Shown: positions 28,201 to 40,000 of the stretch, piece by piece
How positions within the stretch are numbered: position 1 is the stretch's first letter
Layout: the number at the start of each line of letters is the position of its first letter
Assembly (NCBI RefSeq): GCF_006345805.1
Contig: NC_043003.1
Span: 45,446,001 to 45,510,000 of the forward strand
DNA from: Octopus sinensis
Lineage: Eukaryota
Direction: 5' to 3'
DNA length: 64,000 nucleotides
Program-made: the position numbers and the translations under genes
The notes under the pieces: generated by a model
Told to the model about the DNA's origin: nothing
Databases searched by the model: none
The model's input: only the letters and a program-made list of their open reading frames with translations

Positions 28201-29228
28201 ACAAAGGCAGCAACCGAAGCCTGGGTCTATTCAAAAACCATTTACTTGTTTCTTATTTAACAGTAAATGACTATTGTCAATTATACGTCTGTCTGTATCT
28301 CTCCTCCACCCTCTCTCTCTCTCACTCTCTGCCGGTTGGTCTTCCTGTCTCATTCCTTTTTCTTTCTCCCCCTCTCAATCTATATATGCGTGTATGTATT
28401 TGTGTATGTGATACTCAGATGCAATAACTTGCGTATACATATATACGCGTATATGTACAGATATACATATTTACAGATATACATGTTTATACGTTCACAC
28501 ACACATACAATATATTTATATACATATACACATACATGCAAAACATATATATATATATACATATACAATCATACATTAATATACATAAATATATATATAC
28601 GTGCGCATGCGCAAATATGTGTATGTTTGTAAGCGTGTGTCACAATTTTAAAATTTCAGCTTCATTCCCTGAGTTTCATATTCATTCACTTCCCATTCGT
28701 TCTACTAGATCTCCCCTCCATCTCACTCCCTCTTCCCCCCCTCTCTCTCTCTTCCGCTCTCGCTCTTACGCTGAAAACGTCCATCTATCTTTTGTAAATA
28801 AATAAAAACCTCTCTTTGTCGCCCGACATTCTATCCCCTGCAGCCCTCCATAGAAATATAACTAAACCATACAAATGTCACATTGTTTAACGAAATAATG
28901 ACTTTATATAATAACGTATGTAACATTAAAAGATGTGTATCAGACAGTCGGAGAGTTTCAAAGCTTTATTCTCCAAGATGAACAAATATATAAAAGGAAA
29001 TATTAATATGTTAGTATACACATTGTTAACAGCAAAATGAAATATTTAATTATGAAAATTAATTCCATTTTCGAATGGAGAACTACCATGTTGTTTAATA
29101 AAAACTGTTGTAGAGAGAAGAGTACCAACAGAAATTACAATAAATCAATGTGAATTTATTCAAGAACCAGCTTAATTTTTTCGTGTCATACATATGAACG
29201 CGCACACACGTATATGATTACATATTTT

Positions 29229-29273
<45 letters not shown>

Positions 29274-29284
29274 CATATATATAT

Positions 29285-29490
29285 AGTTAATCCAAACATG
29301 AAAATACAAAGAGAAAACACAACAACGCGAGGACGTGGAACAAATATAGGAATATTGGAAGCTCAGGAAGGAAGGGAAGAATGAGGGTTTTACGTTTCGA
29401 GCGGAGCTCTTCGTCAGAAACATAGGAAAAGGAAAGATCCAGAGAAGGGAAGACGGAGGAAAAAAATCGCCAATGGTACACACTCGGTCA
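29285..29490 (-). mobile_element. Penelope-like pLTR fragment, copy 1
   Basis: Near-duplicate of 29700-29925 and homologous to 49.7 kb. Bounded by (TA)n. Confidence 0.8.
29387..29421 (-). ncRNA. Minimal type I hammerhead ribozyme, intact core
   Basis: Minus strand: GUUU-CUGACGA-A-GAGC-UCC-GCUC-GAAACGUA-AAAC, with 4-bp stem I, 4-bp stem II, a palindromic ACGU minimal stem III and a GUA cleavage triplet. Confidence 0.8.
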
Positions 29491-29549
29491 CATTTTGAAT
29501 CATATATATATATGTGTATATATATATATATATATAATATATATATATA

Positions 29550-29665
29550 TCACCGTGACCAACCAGGCTATCAGATGTTGCTACACATCGCTGGTCACAA
29601 TGCGCTTCACATTGTTTTAGTCTTCAAATGACGCCACCCCGCTGGCTAAGCGAGCAGGCCAATAG
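29550..29665 (-). mobile_element. Short dispersed repeat fragment (probable SINE tail) between TA tracts
   Basis: GC-rich island CACCGTGACCAACCAGGCTATCAG...GCGAGCAGGCCAA inside microsatellite. I recall it as a tail joined to family C head 2, but this cannot be verified within the window. Confidence 0.4.
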
Positions 29666-29697
<32 letters not shown>

Positions 29698-29699
29698 AT

Positions 29700-29925
29700 A
29701 CAGTTAATCCAAACATGAAAACACAAAAAGAAAACACAACAAAGCGAAGACGTGGAACAAGTATAGTGTTATTGGACGCTTAGGAAAGGAAAGAAAGAAG
29801 GAGGGTTTAACGTTTCGAGCGGAGCTCTTCGTCAGAAACATAGGAAAAGGAAAGGTCCAAGGACGGTAAGACCAAGAAAGAAAATCGCCAAAGATACACA
29901 CGCGGTCATATATTGAATGACCGGA
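29700..29925 (-). mobile_element. Penelope-like pLTR fragment, copy 2
   Basis: Near-duplicate of 29285-29490. Confidence 0.8.
29805..29839 (-). ncRNA. Minimal type I hammerhead ribozyme, intact core
   Basis: Minus strand: GUUU-CUGACGA-A-GAGC-UCC-GCUC-GAAACGUU-AAAC. Confidence 0.8.
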
Positions 29926-30031
29926 AGTGAATGGGCGAAGAAAAAGTTCTTTCAAAGACAGGAGAGTGCAAGAGGAGGAGGTATGTGTGTGCATGTGTGG
30001 GTATGTGCGTGCACGCAGGTCTGTGTGTGTA

Positions 30032-30077
<46 letters not shown>

Positions 30078-30084
30078 TATGCAC

Positions 30085-30300
30085 GTTAGCTCTGTGGTAA
30101 AAAGTTTGCTTCGCCATCACATGATTCCGAGTTCAGTCCCAGGTGTCTGGTACTTTAACATCGAGTCGACCACGGCATATGAGTGAATTTGGAACAGACG
30201 GAAACTGAAAGAAGCCCGTCGTCTATTTGTGTGTGTATCTTTTGCCCGTGTTTGTTTTCCACCAACCTTGAGAACCGGTGTTGTGTTCGGAAAAAAAAAA
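30085..30300 (+). mobile_element. SINE family A-related copy
   Basis: GCTCTGTGGTAAAAAG...GAGTTCAGTCCCAGG...GACGGAAACTGAAAGAAGCCCGTCG. Confidence 0.65.
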
Positions 30301-30661
30301 CAGAATAAATACATATCCGCTCGGTTTGTCTTACGCTAATCTATAGTGTGGCTATCCTATGGGTTTACTCACAACCTACATAACTGTTCATAACAAACGG
30401 TGTTATATTTGTTAATTATTGACACATCAAGTCCTTCTACAATATTAACCTATGTTATCTAACCTCACGTTCTACTGCCCTTTAATATTACACTAATTTT
30501 ATATATATAAATATTCTGAAGTGACTTCTTGTAATTGCTGTCCTTCAGTTAATAAAGAACATTTGTTATTTTTCTAACTCGTCGCTTTGTCAGACTGCGT
30601 TCGGTTGAGACCATTGAGCAACTGTATATTAGTGAAACATCTGGAAATTATTATCATTATT

Positions 30662-30865
30662 GGCATGTTGACAGAATCGTTTGTGAGTAGAACAAAATAC
30701 TTAGTAGCATTTATTCGTTTCTTTATGTTCTAATTTCAAAATCCACCGAGGTCAATCTTTGCCTTTAATTATTTCGCTGATAATAAAATAATGCAGCGGG
30801 GTCAATGTAATCGATTGACCCGTCTCCCCCTAAATGTGTTGGCCTTGTTCCAAAATTTGTGATAA
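30662..30865 (+). mobile_element. SINE family B, old copy
   Basis: ACAGAATCGTT...CAAAATCCACCGAGGTCAATCTTTGCC...GGGGTCAATGTAATCGA. Confidence 0.6.
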
Positions 30866-31061
30866 ATATTTACATTACATTTATCTCCTAACACTGTCTA
30901 CTTCATTAATTGGTAAGTATTTCTTATTCTTATATTTTAGACGAGTTCTCAAACACCTAGAATAGAGTAGAAATTAATAGAATATGCATTATGTAAGGTT
31001 ATGCACTTATATGTGTAAACAAGCATGTATATATTCACATAGTATAGTGTTGTGTTGTTGT

Positions 31062-31255
31062 GACCCCCTTCGGGCATGAATGACCATGGGATAGCACCTA
31101 GAAAGTTACCTCCCGAGGCACAAGTCTAGGCAAGTTTGTTTATGGAAGACCAGCAGTTACCCACGCATACCAACCTCCCCTCTCCTCACCGATGTTATCC
31201 AAAGGAAAGGCAAAGGCCGATACAGCTTGGCACCAGTGATATCGCAGCTCATTTA
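31062..31255 (-). repeat. Dispersed repeat family D
   Basis: Reverse complement aligns with 63120-63300 (CACTGGTGCCAAGCTG...GGTCATTC.TG.CCGAAGG). Confidence 0.75.
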
Positions 31256-31330
31256 TTAACGTGCAAGTGGCTGAGCACTCCACAGACACGTGTACCCTTA
31301 ATGTAGTTGTCGGGGAGATTCAGCGTATTC
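31256..31330 (-). mobile_element. SINE family C tail Y fragment
   Basis: TTAACGTGCAAGTGGCTGAGCACTCCACAGACACGTGTACCC matches 39440-39480. Confidence 0.75.
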
Positions 31331-31349
31331 TGTCTACATTTAATTTAGT

Positions 31350-32290
31350 TACGTGTGCTGATAGCGTAAGGCTTCAAATTTTCCAGCATTAAACTGCAAG
31401 TTCTTGTGTCCTTACTCCACCTATTTATTGCGTTTAGCACTTGTTGCATCTGCGTATCATCTCCGGGACTCAATATCCTCTAAGATACTTCTGTATCGTC
31501 TGCATAATTATCAAGGGTCACTATGTCAGTAGTCGAGGGCATGGCTGCGAGGGCGACTATACATAAAAGCAGCTCTAAGACAGTTCTCTGTAGAACATCA
31601 CTCACCGTTTGTGTTTCCTTAGAGGTAGCACCATTGGCTATCATTACCTTAATTGTATCTTTTAAAAGATCTTGCAGCAACTCTCCAAGTTTTTCGACTA
31701 TGCCGAGATCAGACAGCTTGTCACATATTATACCATAATCGACTTTTTCAAGATATATCAAATCCATATTTGGGTCGTCAAGCAGCTGCTGTAATACCCA
31801 GTCGAAGCGCTTTAAGCATTGTTTGTTACAGCTTTTCCCACTTCGAAGACCATGCTTGGTATCAGTCAGCAAGTCATTCTCTTCAAGGAACGCAATTAGT
31901 TTCTTTTAAATTATTCATTCGTTCCATAACTTTGCTGATGCGTAATATCAGACAGATAAGCCTATAGGGTTTAGCATCTGTTCTACTTCTTCCTTCATGC
32001 AAAGGGCATATTATTCCCTGGTTCAATTTGCCCGGGAGCTCACCGATTGCAAGGAAGGTCTGTAAAAGAAACGTCAGTGACGTTTGCTAGCACTCTTATT
32101 TCTAGCTATACTGGTGCTATTTACTGCCATTTATCACTTCAGTGACATCTCCAAAGCCACATATTTCTCACTACAAACAAATCAGGCAGTAAGCTCAGCT
32201 GATGTTCCTGAGTGCTTGGCACTAAAGGTGAAATCAATTGATACTGAGATGTCTGTAGTTTTCTTTGTGTTTTTTCAAAGGTAAGGGCTT
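31350..32290 (-). pseudogene. Decayed LINE reverse transcriptase fragment (CR1/L2-group-like)
   Basis: Minus strand gives IICPLH.GRSRTDAKPYRLI (NYRPI), TDTKHGLRSGKSC (QHGFR.GRSC), MDLIYLEKVDY (DF.KAFDKVDH), SDVLQRTVLELLL (SGVPQGTVLGPLL), YADDTEV and QFNAGKFEALRY. Contains frameshifts and stops. Confidence 0.9.
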
Positions 32291-32477
32291 TCTTATATAC
32301 GCTACATTAACCGTGCATTTTGTTTATAGTGAGAAAATATGTGGCTTTGGAGTGTTAACTCGTCTTTCTAGGATAGCTGGTATTTATTTTTTATATCCTA
32401 AAATGTTATGTATATTTACCTATATTGGTTAAGCATACTGACGACTATTATTATTATTATTTTTAATAGTAATAATA

Positions 32478-32478
32478 T

Positions 32479-32518
<40 letters not shown>

Positions 32519-33268
32519 GGCAGTTTGTCTGTCAGGTTGTACCCTCACCCTGACCACGGCTTTCAACCGATTCTGATGAAACTTGACACACACATAGCCC
32601 AATGTCATAATTCAAAACTAATTTTGAAAAGTTCCCCCAGTTCTGAAAAAAATTGATAAATTCGACATGGGGTCGAGAATCTAAGCTTTTTATATGCAAC
32701 ACATTTTCTGTTGTAGTTTTCGCAACTTGCAATCGATTTTCACCAAACTCATGGTGAAGCTTAATGTTACCCTAAGAAACTTAATTCTGATGTTAGTTTT
32801 CCATGCAATACCTTACCATCAGAAAAAATCGATAAAATCATGCCATTTTGGGAAATCGCGTTCAAATTCAAGATGACATCTTTTCGACAATATCTTTCAC
32901 AAATTGGCAGGAATTTTTTTTTTAATTCACAGCGAGCATCATGTCTGCTCCAAGGAGCTATATGGCCCTTTTTATTCCAATAGGATACTTTATTACTGGA
33001 AAAAATTGGCTAATTAAATCATATGTGGCACACATAGCAAACCGATTTGTGCATTAAACACAAACTGTCTAGGAGACACAACTCGACCTTTTTATCGCCC
33101 AAAGGGACAGCTAGGGACATTCGTATACACAGAAGTATTAGAGTGAAGAGAAGACATTGCAACCTACACATGCGCCTTCGTTCCCTAGAGGGAAAGGACT
33201 AGATTGGGATTAGTCGTTGCCTACTAAGGACTCTTACATACCCAGGCAACGCCGGGCTATGCTGCTAG
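32478..33268 (+). mobile_element. Non-autonomous Helitron
   Basis: Begins A|TCTTTATATA..., ends ...CTAG|T, with the subterminal hairpin CCCAGGC-AAC-GCCGGG (33241-33256) 8 nt before CTAG. No ORF. Confidence 0.8.
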
Positions 33269-33289
33269 TATATATATATATGTATATAT

Positions 33290-33478
33290 AAATATATCGT
33301 TTTGGGATTTGGTTTGCAAGATTCTTTATATGAGTTCGTGTGTTGAAGCATATTCTGTTGTGCCTGGGGAGAGTCATTCTCTTTTAGTGCCTTATTTAAC
33401 ACACTCACCGGTAAAATTTCCACTTATTTCTTATTTTCTAAAATATTCGTTGCGTCTTGCAACCTTTTCAATAGTCTT

Positions 33479-33480
<2 letters not shown>
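33290..33480 (-). mobile_element. Repeat family E (Penelope-pLTR-like)
   Basis: Homologous to 14830-15025 and 60500-60600. Flanked by (TA)n. Confidence 0.75.
33438..33474 (-). ncRNA. Hammerhead-like motif with U3-A8 core variant
   Basis: Minus strand: CUA-UUGAAAA-G-GUUGC-AAGAC-GCAAC-GAAUAUUU-UAG. Has 3-bp stem I, 5-bp stem II and the C3-G8 pair replaced by U3-A8. GAAA reads GAAU here but GAAA in the 14.8-kb copy. Confidence 0.5.
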
Positions 33481-33510
<30 letters not shown>

Positions 33511-33516
<6 letters not shown>

Positions 33517-34060
33517 GGGTTTGTATGATTGTGTATAGAGGGATATATATTATTCATAGGAATTCCAAATCTGTTTTTTAATGTTTCGTTTGTATTCTTT
33601 ATAATATTAATGTAAAATATAGAATATATAGTATAAAAAGTATATATAGTAAAATGAAATGAAGTATTGATTGCCTTATTGAATAGATGAAATATTGAAT
33701 ATCAAATATTAAGGGACTAGTATACTTTCTTGCATTAAAGCAGTCTTCAAGGTCCCAGTTTGTGACAGGAATATATATATATATATTATATATATATATA
33801 TATAAAGGGGTTTGTATGATTGTGTATAGAGGGATATATATTATTCATAGGAATTCCAATCTGTTTTTTAATGTTTCGTTTGTATTCTTTATAATATTAA
33901 TGTAAAATATAGAATATATAGTATAAAAAGTATATATAGTAAAATGAAATGAAGTATTGATTGCCTTATTGAATAGATGAAATATTGAATATCAAATATT
34001 AAGGGACTAGTATACTTTCTTGCATTAAAGCAGTCTTCAAGGTCCCAGTTTGTGACAGGA
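33511..34060. repeat. Direct duplication of a ~260-bp segment separated by (TA)n
   Basis: Copies 33511-33770 and 33802-34060 appear identical except for one homopolymer base. Confidence 0.95.
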
Positions 34061-34459
34061 ATATATATATATATATATATATGTTATATAGCATATTGAG
34101 AGATATAAGCAAATACAGATATACAACTAATTATAATCTCTTCTTCTTTTCGTGGTTAAACCTTTTGTTGTTGTTTATGGCTGGGGTTTCAATGTTGGTG
34201 CTCAATTTACTATTTTTCTGGTATTTGTTACCTCCCTTTTAACTTTGATTGAGCAAACCTATGATCAAACACATTCCAGTCGTGAATAGCCTGACTTTGT
34301 AACTGTATCTTAAGAGTACATTATCCAATGTGTCCCTTGTTATTGATGACGATGGAATGCTATTTGAGGGATCTTATCATGATGGTGTTAATTCTAGCAG
34401 ACTAAACAACATTGGCTTTTGCATTACAGTGATTCGGCTGTATGTAGTGGGGGGGGGAA

Positions 34460-34961
34460 GACGTGGTTGTACATGTGGTAGTTGTTGTTGTTGTTGCTGT
34501 TGTTATTGTTGTAGCGGTTCTGTTTGGTGACGTACTGGTGCTTGCTACGAAGGTGAATACAATGATAGAAGTTTGATGCGTTGGCGGTGTAAGGGTGGTA
34601 GGTATAGAACTGATGGTGTGGTAGTGGTGGCAGTAATGGTAAGGTGTTAGTCGGGGTGATATGAAGGGTGGATGTTTTAGTGATAGGGTGGTGGAGCTTA
34701 ACGAGGTGGTTTGGGTGAGATACTTGATAGAGATATCAGTGGGAAATATAAAAGTAATGCGGTTGTGACGGTGATGATGGTGGAGAAGATAGATGCGATG
34801 GAGCAAATAATAATGGTGTGGGTAGTGGTTGTGCAGTGGGTAGTGGCAGCAGCAATAGTAGTAGTGATGGTGGTAGTGATTTTCTGTTTCGGGGACACGT
34901 AAAAGGTGCAGACTTTTGCGGGAGTATATTAGTGGTTATGGTGGCCCTTGTAGTAGTAGTG

Positions 34962-35030
<69 letters not shown>

Positions 35031-35380
35031 TGGTGGTGGAAATGATAGCTGGAGTAGTAGATATATTGGTAATGGTCTTTGTAGTGGTGCTGGTGGTGGT
35101 GCTTGTAGTATTGGCGGAGGTTGCAGCAGTAGTGGTGGTGATGGTAGTAGTGGTGGTAGTGAAAGCGACAGTTGCAGTGTCGAATACAATAATGAAGGTG
35201 GTGGTGGTGGCGTTCCTGGTAAGTTGTTGTGGTGGTTAGATTAAGGGTAAGGGGTATTATTTGGAGTATGTATAGTAGTAGCGACAGTGGTGGTTATAAA
35301 TGTGTTAGTGTTTAGGGTAGTGGTGGATGTAGAGGCAGCAGTATTTGTAGTGGTAGTTACAACGGTCATGAACACATTTC
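34460..35380. repeat. Compound (GTA/GTG/GTT) low-complexity tract
   Basis: Direct reading of the sequence. Confidence 0.9.
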
Positions 35381-36414
35381 AGGAATGCCCTGGTTTCCAG
35401 CTGAGTGAATGTTACGTTCAGAGTGAATGGAATATATTAGTGTATCGGGGTAGAGGTAGGTGTCAACGAAGATTTATATACAGCATGTGTGTCGCTTTGT
35501 GTGTATATGCGCGCGCAGGAGTGGGTGTGTAGTACTATGTTTGTACTGTGTTTGCGAGCCTATCTCTGTGTTTGTATAAGTGTGTGAGAAATGTGTTTAT
35601 ATATATATATATATATAGCGGGAGATTGAAAGGAGGGTAGGAGAGAGAGATAATAGCATATTTTGTGCATTATGGTGAAGAATTGAAATATAAACGTTAA
35701 ACTCTCCGAGTGAATGTTAGTTTTGCGAGTTTAAGTGCGTGGGTGAACATGTGGTTTTTGCCTGTGTATATGTGGGCCTGCATGCCAGTACCTACATACT
35801 TACATACATCCGTATTTATGTACGTATATGTGTAGTATACATGTACATAATGTGTATTGTACTGACATTAGGTAAAAGAAAATACTGGAGGATCAGTAAA
35901 TAATGATTATATTCAACATATTCCCTCTTAGATTCACATACCTATCACAGCGATCCTTCAGATTTTTTTAAACCCTGTAAAGGAACTCAGATGTTTGGGA
36001 CTCCATCCTGGCCTTTCGCGAGACCCTTAAAGCCAGGAACTTTTCTCTACTCTTTCCTATATATATACGTCCTCGTATTTTTCAAATTTCTCATTAATGG
36101 TGAAGGAGCCAGTTTTTAACCTACAAACGAGTAATTTTTCATCGAAAATTTGACATCTGCTAATTTAAGGATAAGGTTAAGGATGTATGTCTGAATATAT
36201 ATGTGTTGGTGTATGAGTTTGATAGGGGAATGTTATTAATGTTCTTTCTCCCTTATATAATTATGTGGATAGTTGATGTGCTTGCTGGTGTGTTTTGTGT
36301 AAATATCTATATAGTTGTATGCCTTTTTTTTGTGCTTACATTTGTTCGCCCATTTGAGGAGGGTGTACGCATAAGTACGCAAATGTATATGTGTTGATAC
36401 GTGTTGGTTTGAAA

Positions 36415-36735
36415 CAATGATTCTCAACCGTGGTTCCATACAACGTTTTGTTATTAAAGCTTATTGTACGATAAATTCGTTATACACAAAATAGTTTAAA
36501 ATTTTTAGTTATTCTTTTACTCTTTTAATTGTTTCAGTCATGTGAGTGTAACTATGCTGGAGCACCGCCTTTAGTCGAGCAAATCTACCCCAGGACTTAT
36601 TTTTTGTAAGCCTAGTACTTATTCTATCGGTCTCTTTTGCCGAACCGCTAAGCTACAGGGACGTAAACACACTAGCATCGGTTGTCAAGTGATGCTGGGG
36701 GGGACAAACACAGACACACAAACATATACACACAC

Positions 36736-36779
<44 letters not shown>

Positions 36780-37065
36780 GACGGGCTTCTTTCAGTTTCC
36801 GTCTACCAAATCCACTCACAAGGCTTTGGTCGGCTTGAGACTATAGTACAAGACACTTGCCCAAGATGCCACGCAATGGGACTGAATCCGAAACCATGTG
36901 GTTTGTAAGCATGCTACTTACACCACAGCCACTCCTACACAATTTGTATTGATATTTACTTACAAAAATATAAACTATTTTAAAACATCAAATAACTATA
37001 AGGGTCTCTCTGAGTAATATAGAAATAAAGGGGCTCCATAAGGGGAAAATGGTTGAAAACCACTG
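36415..37065 (+). mobile_element. hAT-type MITE interrupted by a SINE
   Basis: TIRs CAATGATTCTCAACC and GGTTGAAAACCACTG, same TIR type as 40001-40334. Confidence 0.65.
36515..36940 (-). mobile_element. SINE family A, full length, nested in the MITE
   Basis: Reverse complement of family A from the tail to CACAGCCACTCCTACAC. Confidence 0.9.
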
Positions 37066-37303
37066 ATTTAAATGAATATATTGTGTACGAATGCGTGTTC
37101 ATGAAGCTAACACTGCATTTCAGTCGTGGTTCAAATTTCTCAAAAGTTCACGTTAATTTGACAGTAACTAAGGCAGGACATATGATGCTATGTCGACGCT
37201 CAACTTCTCCGAATAATTTCATCATCGTCATTGAAAATAGTATATCACCTTACCACTTCACAAAACAGTATCACTGATATTTTTGCTTATATATTACATG
37301 GGT

Positions 37304-37558
37304 GGAGGCGCGTGGCTTAGTGGTTAGGGTATCAGCATCATGATCGTAAGATTGTGGTTTCGATTCCTGGACCGGGCGACGCGTTGTGTTCTTGATCAAC
37401 AAAACTCCATTTCATGTTGCTCCAGTCCACTCAGCTGGCAAAAATGAGTAACGCTGCGATGGACTGGCGTATCGTCCAGCTGGGTAACACATACGCAATT
37501 GAAACCGGGAAATCGGGCCCATGAGCCTGGCTAGGCTTTAAAAGGGCACATTTATTTG
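37304..37558 (+). mobile_element. SINE family C (head 1 + tail X)
   Basis: GGAGGCGCGTGGCTTAGTGG, GTTTCGATTCC, then GAGTAACGCTGCGATGGACTGGCG...GAGCCTGGCTAGGCTTTAAAAGGGC. Confidence 0.85.
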
Positions 37559-37559
37559 T

Positions 37560-37885
37560 GGAGGCGCAATGGCCCAGTGGTTAGGGCAGTGGACTCGTGG
37601 TCAGAGGATCGCGGTTTCGATTCCCAGACCGGGCGTCGTGTGTGTTTATTGAGTGAAAACACATAAAGCTCCGCGAGACTCCGACAGGGGGTGGTGGCGA
37701 CCTCTGTTGTACTCTTTCGCCCCAGCTTTCTCTTACTATTTCTTCCTGTTTCTTGAGTAACGCTGCGATGGACTGGCGTCCCGTCCAGCTGGGAGGAACA
37801 CATACGCCAAAGAAACCGGAAAACCGGGCCCGTGAGCCTGGTTAGGCTTGAAAAAGGCGCATAAATAAAAACAAAAAAATAAAAG
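37560..37885 (+). mobile_element. SINE family C (head 2 + tail X)
   Basis: GGAGGCGCAATGGCCCAGTGG, GTTTCGATTCCC, and the same tail X with an A-rich end. Confidence 0.85.
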
Positions 37886-38694
37886 ATATTACATGATCTT
37901 CCTATACTCTACTTGTTATTATTGCTTAGGTTACTTTTAATCTTGATCTAGTAGATATACTATCAAAGGCTTTTCAGAATGACCATCTCATTTATTACGT
38001 CTATCTGATTATCGAATATGGCCTTTTCTTATTTCAGGCAGCAGTAAAAGTTTGCTGCTATTTCTAGCACGCTGAGAGACTGCAGAGAAGCTCTAAAAGC
38101 TATTTCGTACATAATTCTGAGGCGGGATTCTATATTCAGATTTCTTTCAGGTCATCTGAGACGAAACGAAAGGAATAATCGAAGAGAGGGTGTATGGGGA
38201 TAAGGGTCAGAATTTATCAGTAAGCTTGTTATTGCGTGAGGTTAACCATGGACAAGGCAGCAGCAGGAGAGATTAATAAAGATTCTTTGGAAAGAAAGAG
38301 AAAATATTTGGCCGCAAGCACGTGCACGTGCACGTGCACGAAATTATATACACAAACATACACGTCGTAGACTGCATCTCAAAGAATGCTATTCAACTTA
38401 AAGACAACTCGCTACTTGGCCGACAAAATGTATTTGATCTCTTTTTCCCCACCCCTTTCTCTCTGTCTAACTCTCGTCTCTCCCTCTTTCTCTATCTCTC
38501 CTTCTGTCTGTCTATCTGTCTGTCTCTATCTCTCCTTCTATCTGTCTGTCTCTCTCTTTCTCTAACGCTCTGTCTCTCTCTTTCTATTAAAACGGTATCT
38601 GGTTTTGTTCCAATTCCTTGGACAGATCGTCTTAAAAGCATACGACATTATCCGTTCATTCTCTCTCTCTCTCTCCACCATATATAAATATATG

Positions 38695-38729
<35 letters not shown>

Positions 38730-38777
38730 ATGTGCGTGTGTGTCTGTATCCATCTCTCACTTGCCCTCTTCATATAT

Positions 38778-38808
<31 letters not shown>

Positions 38809-39365
38809 CATATATGTGTGTCTGTGTGCGTGTATGTATATATAGATATATATATATATATACATACACATACACACATACATACCCACATGCAGACACA
38901 TACGGCAATTAGCAAAGCAATTAGTTAAGTTACGCAACATCAAAGCAGGCGTCTCGCAAATCGAGCATGGAAATAAAGTGGTTGGTTGCCGCATGCAGAC
39001 AGAACAAAAAATAAATAAAAATGAAATAGATTTCTCTGTCGTTTTCGATAATGAGAATTCCAGTTGTTCGATCAAATGAACTACCTACTCATTCAATTAT
39101 AATGTAAGTGGCCGTGTATTCCACAGATACTTGTACATTTTCTGACAGAATCAGCGTGACACAGTTTGAGACAAGGTCCCAATTCTTTGAACTACAGATA
39201 CAATCAAAACAGTTTGTGTCTACCCAGTTCAACTCCCAAGGTTTGTGGCTATACACTTGTCAAAGATGCCACCCTGTGGGGTCAAATCGGCGACACCATG
39301 ACGGCAAAGTGTAATTCTTTATCACTCAACCACAAACACAAAATACGTCCAACATATAGACATAT

Positions 39366-39751
39366 TCTTGTTGGCACTCCGACGGTTACGACGATGAGGG
39401 TTCCAGTTGATTCGATCAACGGAACAGCCTTCTCGTGAAATTAACGTGCAAGTGGCTGAGCACTCCACAGACACGTGTACCCGTAACGTAGTTCTCGGAG
39501 GAGATTCAGCGTGACACAGAGTGTGACAAGGCTGGCCCTTTGAAATACAGGTACAACAGAAACAGGAAGAAAGAGTGAGAGAAAGTTGTGGTGAAAGAGT
39601 ACAGCAGGGCTCGCCACCACCCACTGCCGGAGCCGCGTGTAGCTTTAGGTGCTTGTGCTCAATAAACAATCACAACGCCTGGTTTGGGAGTCGAAACCGC
39701 AATCCTACGACCGTGAATCCGCTGTCCTAACCACTGGGCCGTTGCGCCTCC
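39366..39751 (-). mobile_element. SINE family C (head 2 + tail Y)
   Basis: Head matches 37560 ff., tail matches 9580-9735. Confidence 0.85.
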
Positions 39752-39814
39752 ACATATATAGACACACACGCATTCATAAATGACATACGAAAGAGTGAAC
39801 CTCAGTGCCGTAGC

Positions 39815-39990
39815 TAGAACTGTTAAAAAGCGTAACTATATCTTCCTCAAATTATAGTCTACTATTTTTAAGTAAGGAAGGACACATTTGTTAATGTATT
39901 GCTGAAAAAAAATCGATGATCACTGATGTAACTTATTTGGTCATAGATTTGTTGGATCAATGCAGACCTCGGGTTAATAAGTAGCAGCAG
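39815..39990 (+). repeat. Old dispersed repeat family G
   Basis: Similar to 7455-7635 and 42350-42540. Confidence 0.5.
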
Positions 39991-40000
39991 TAATCTAAAT

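Noticed and set aside
31480-31872. 130-aa ORF as a host gene exon
   Set aside because: It carries decayed RT motifs including YADDT, and flanking frames continue the RT with frameshifts; it is a LINE relic.
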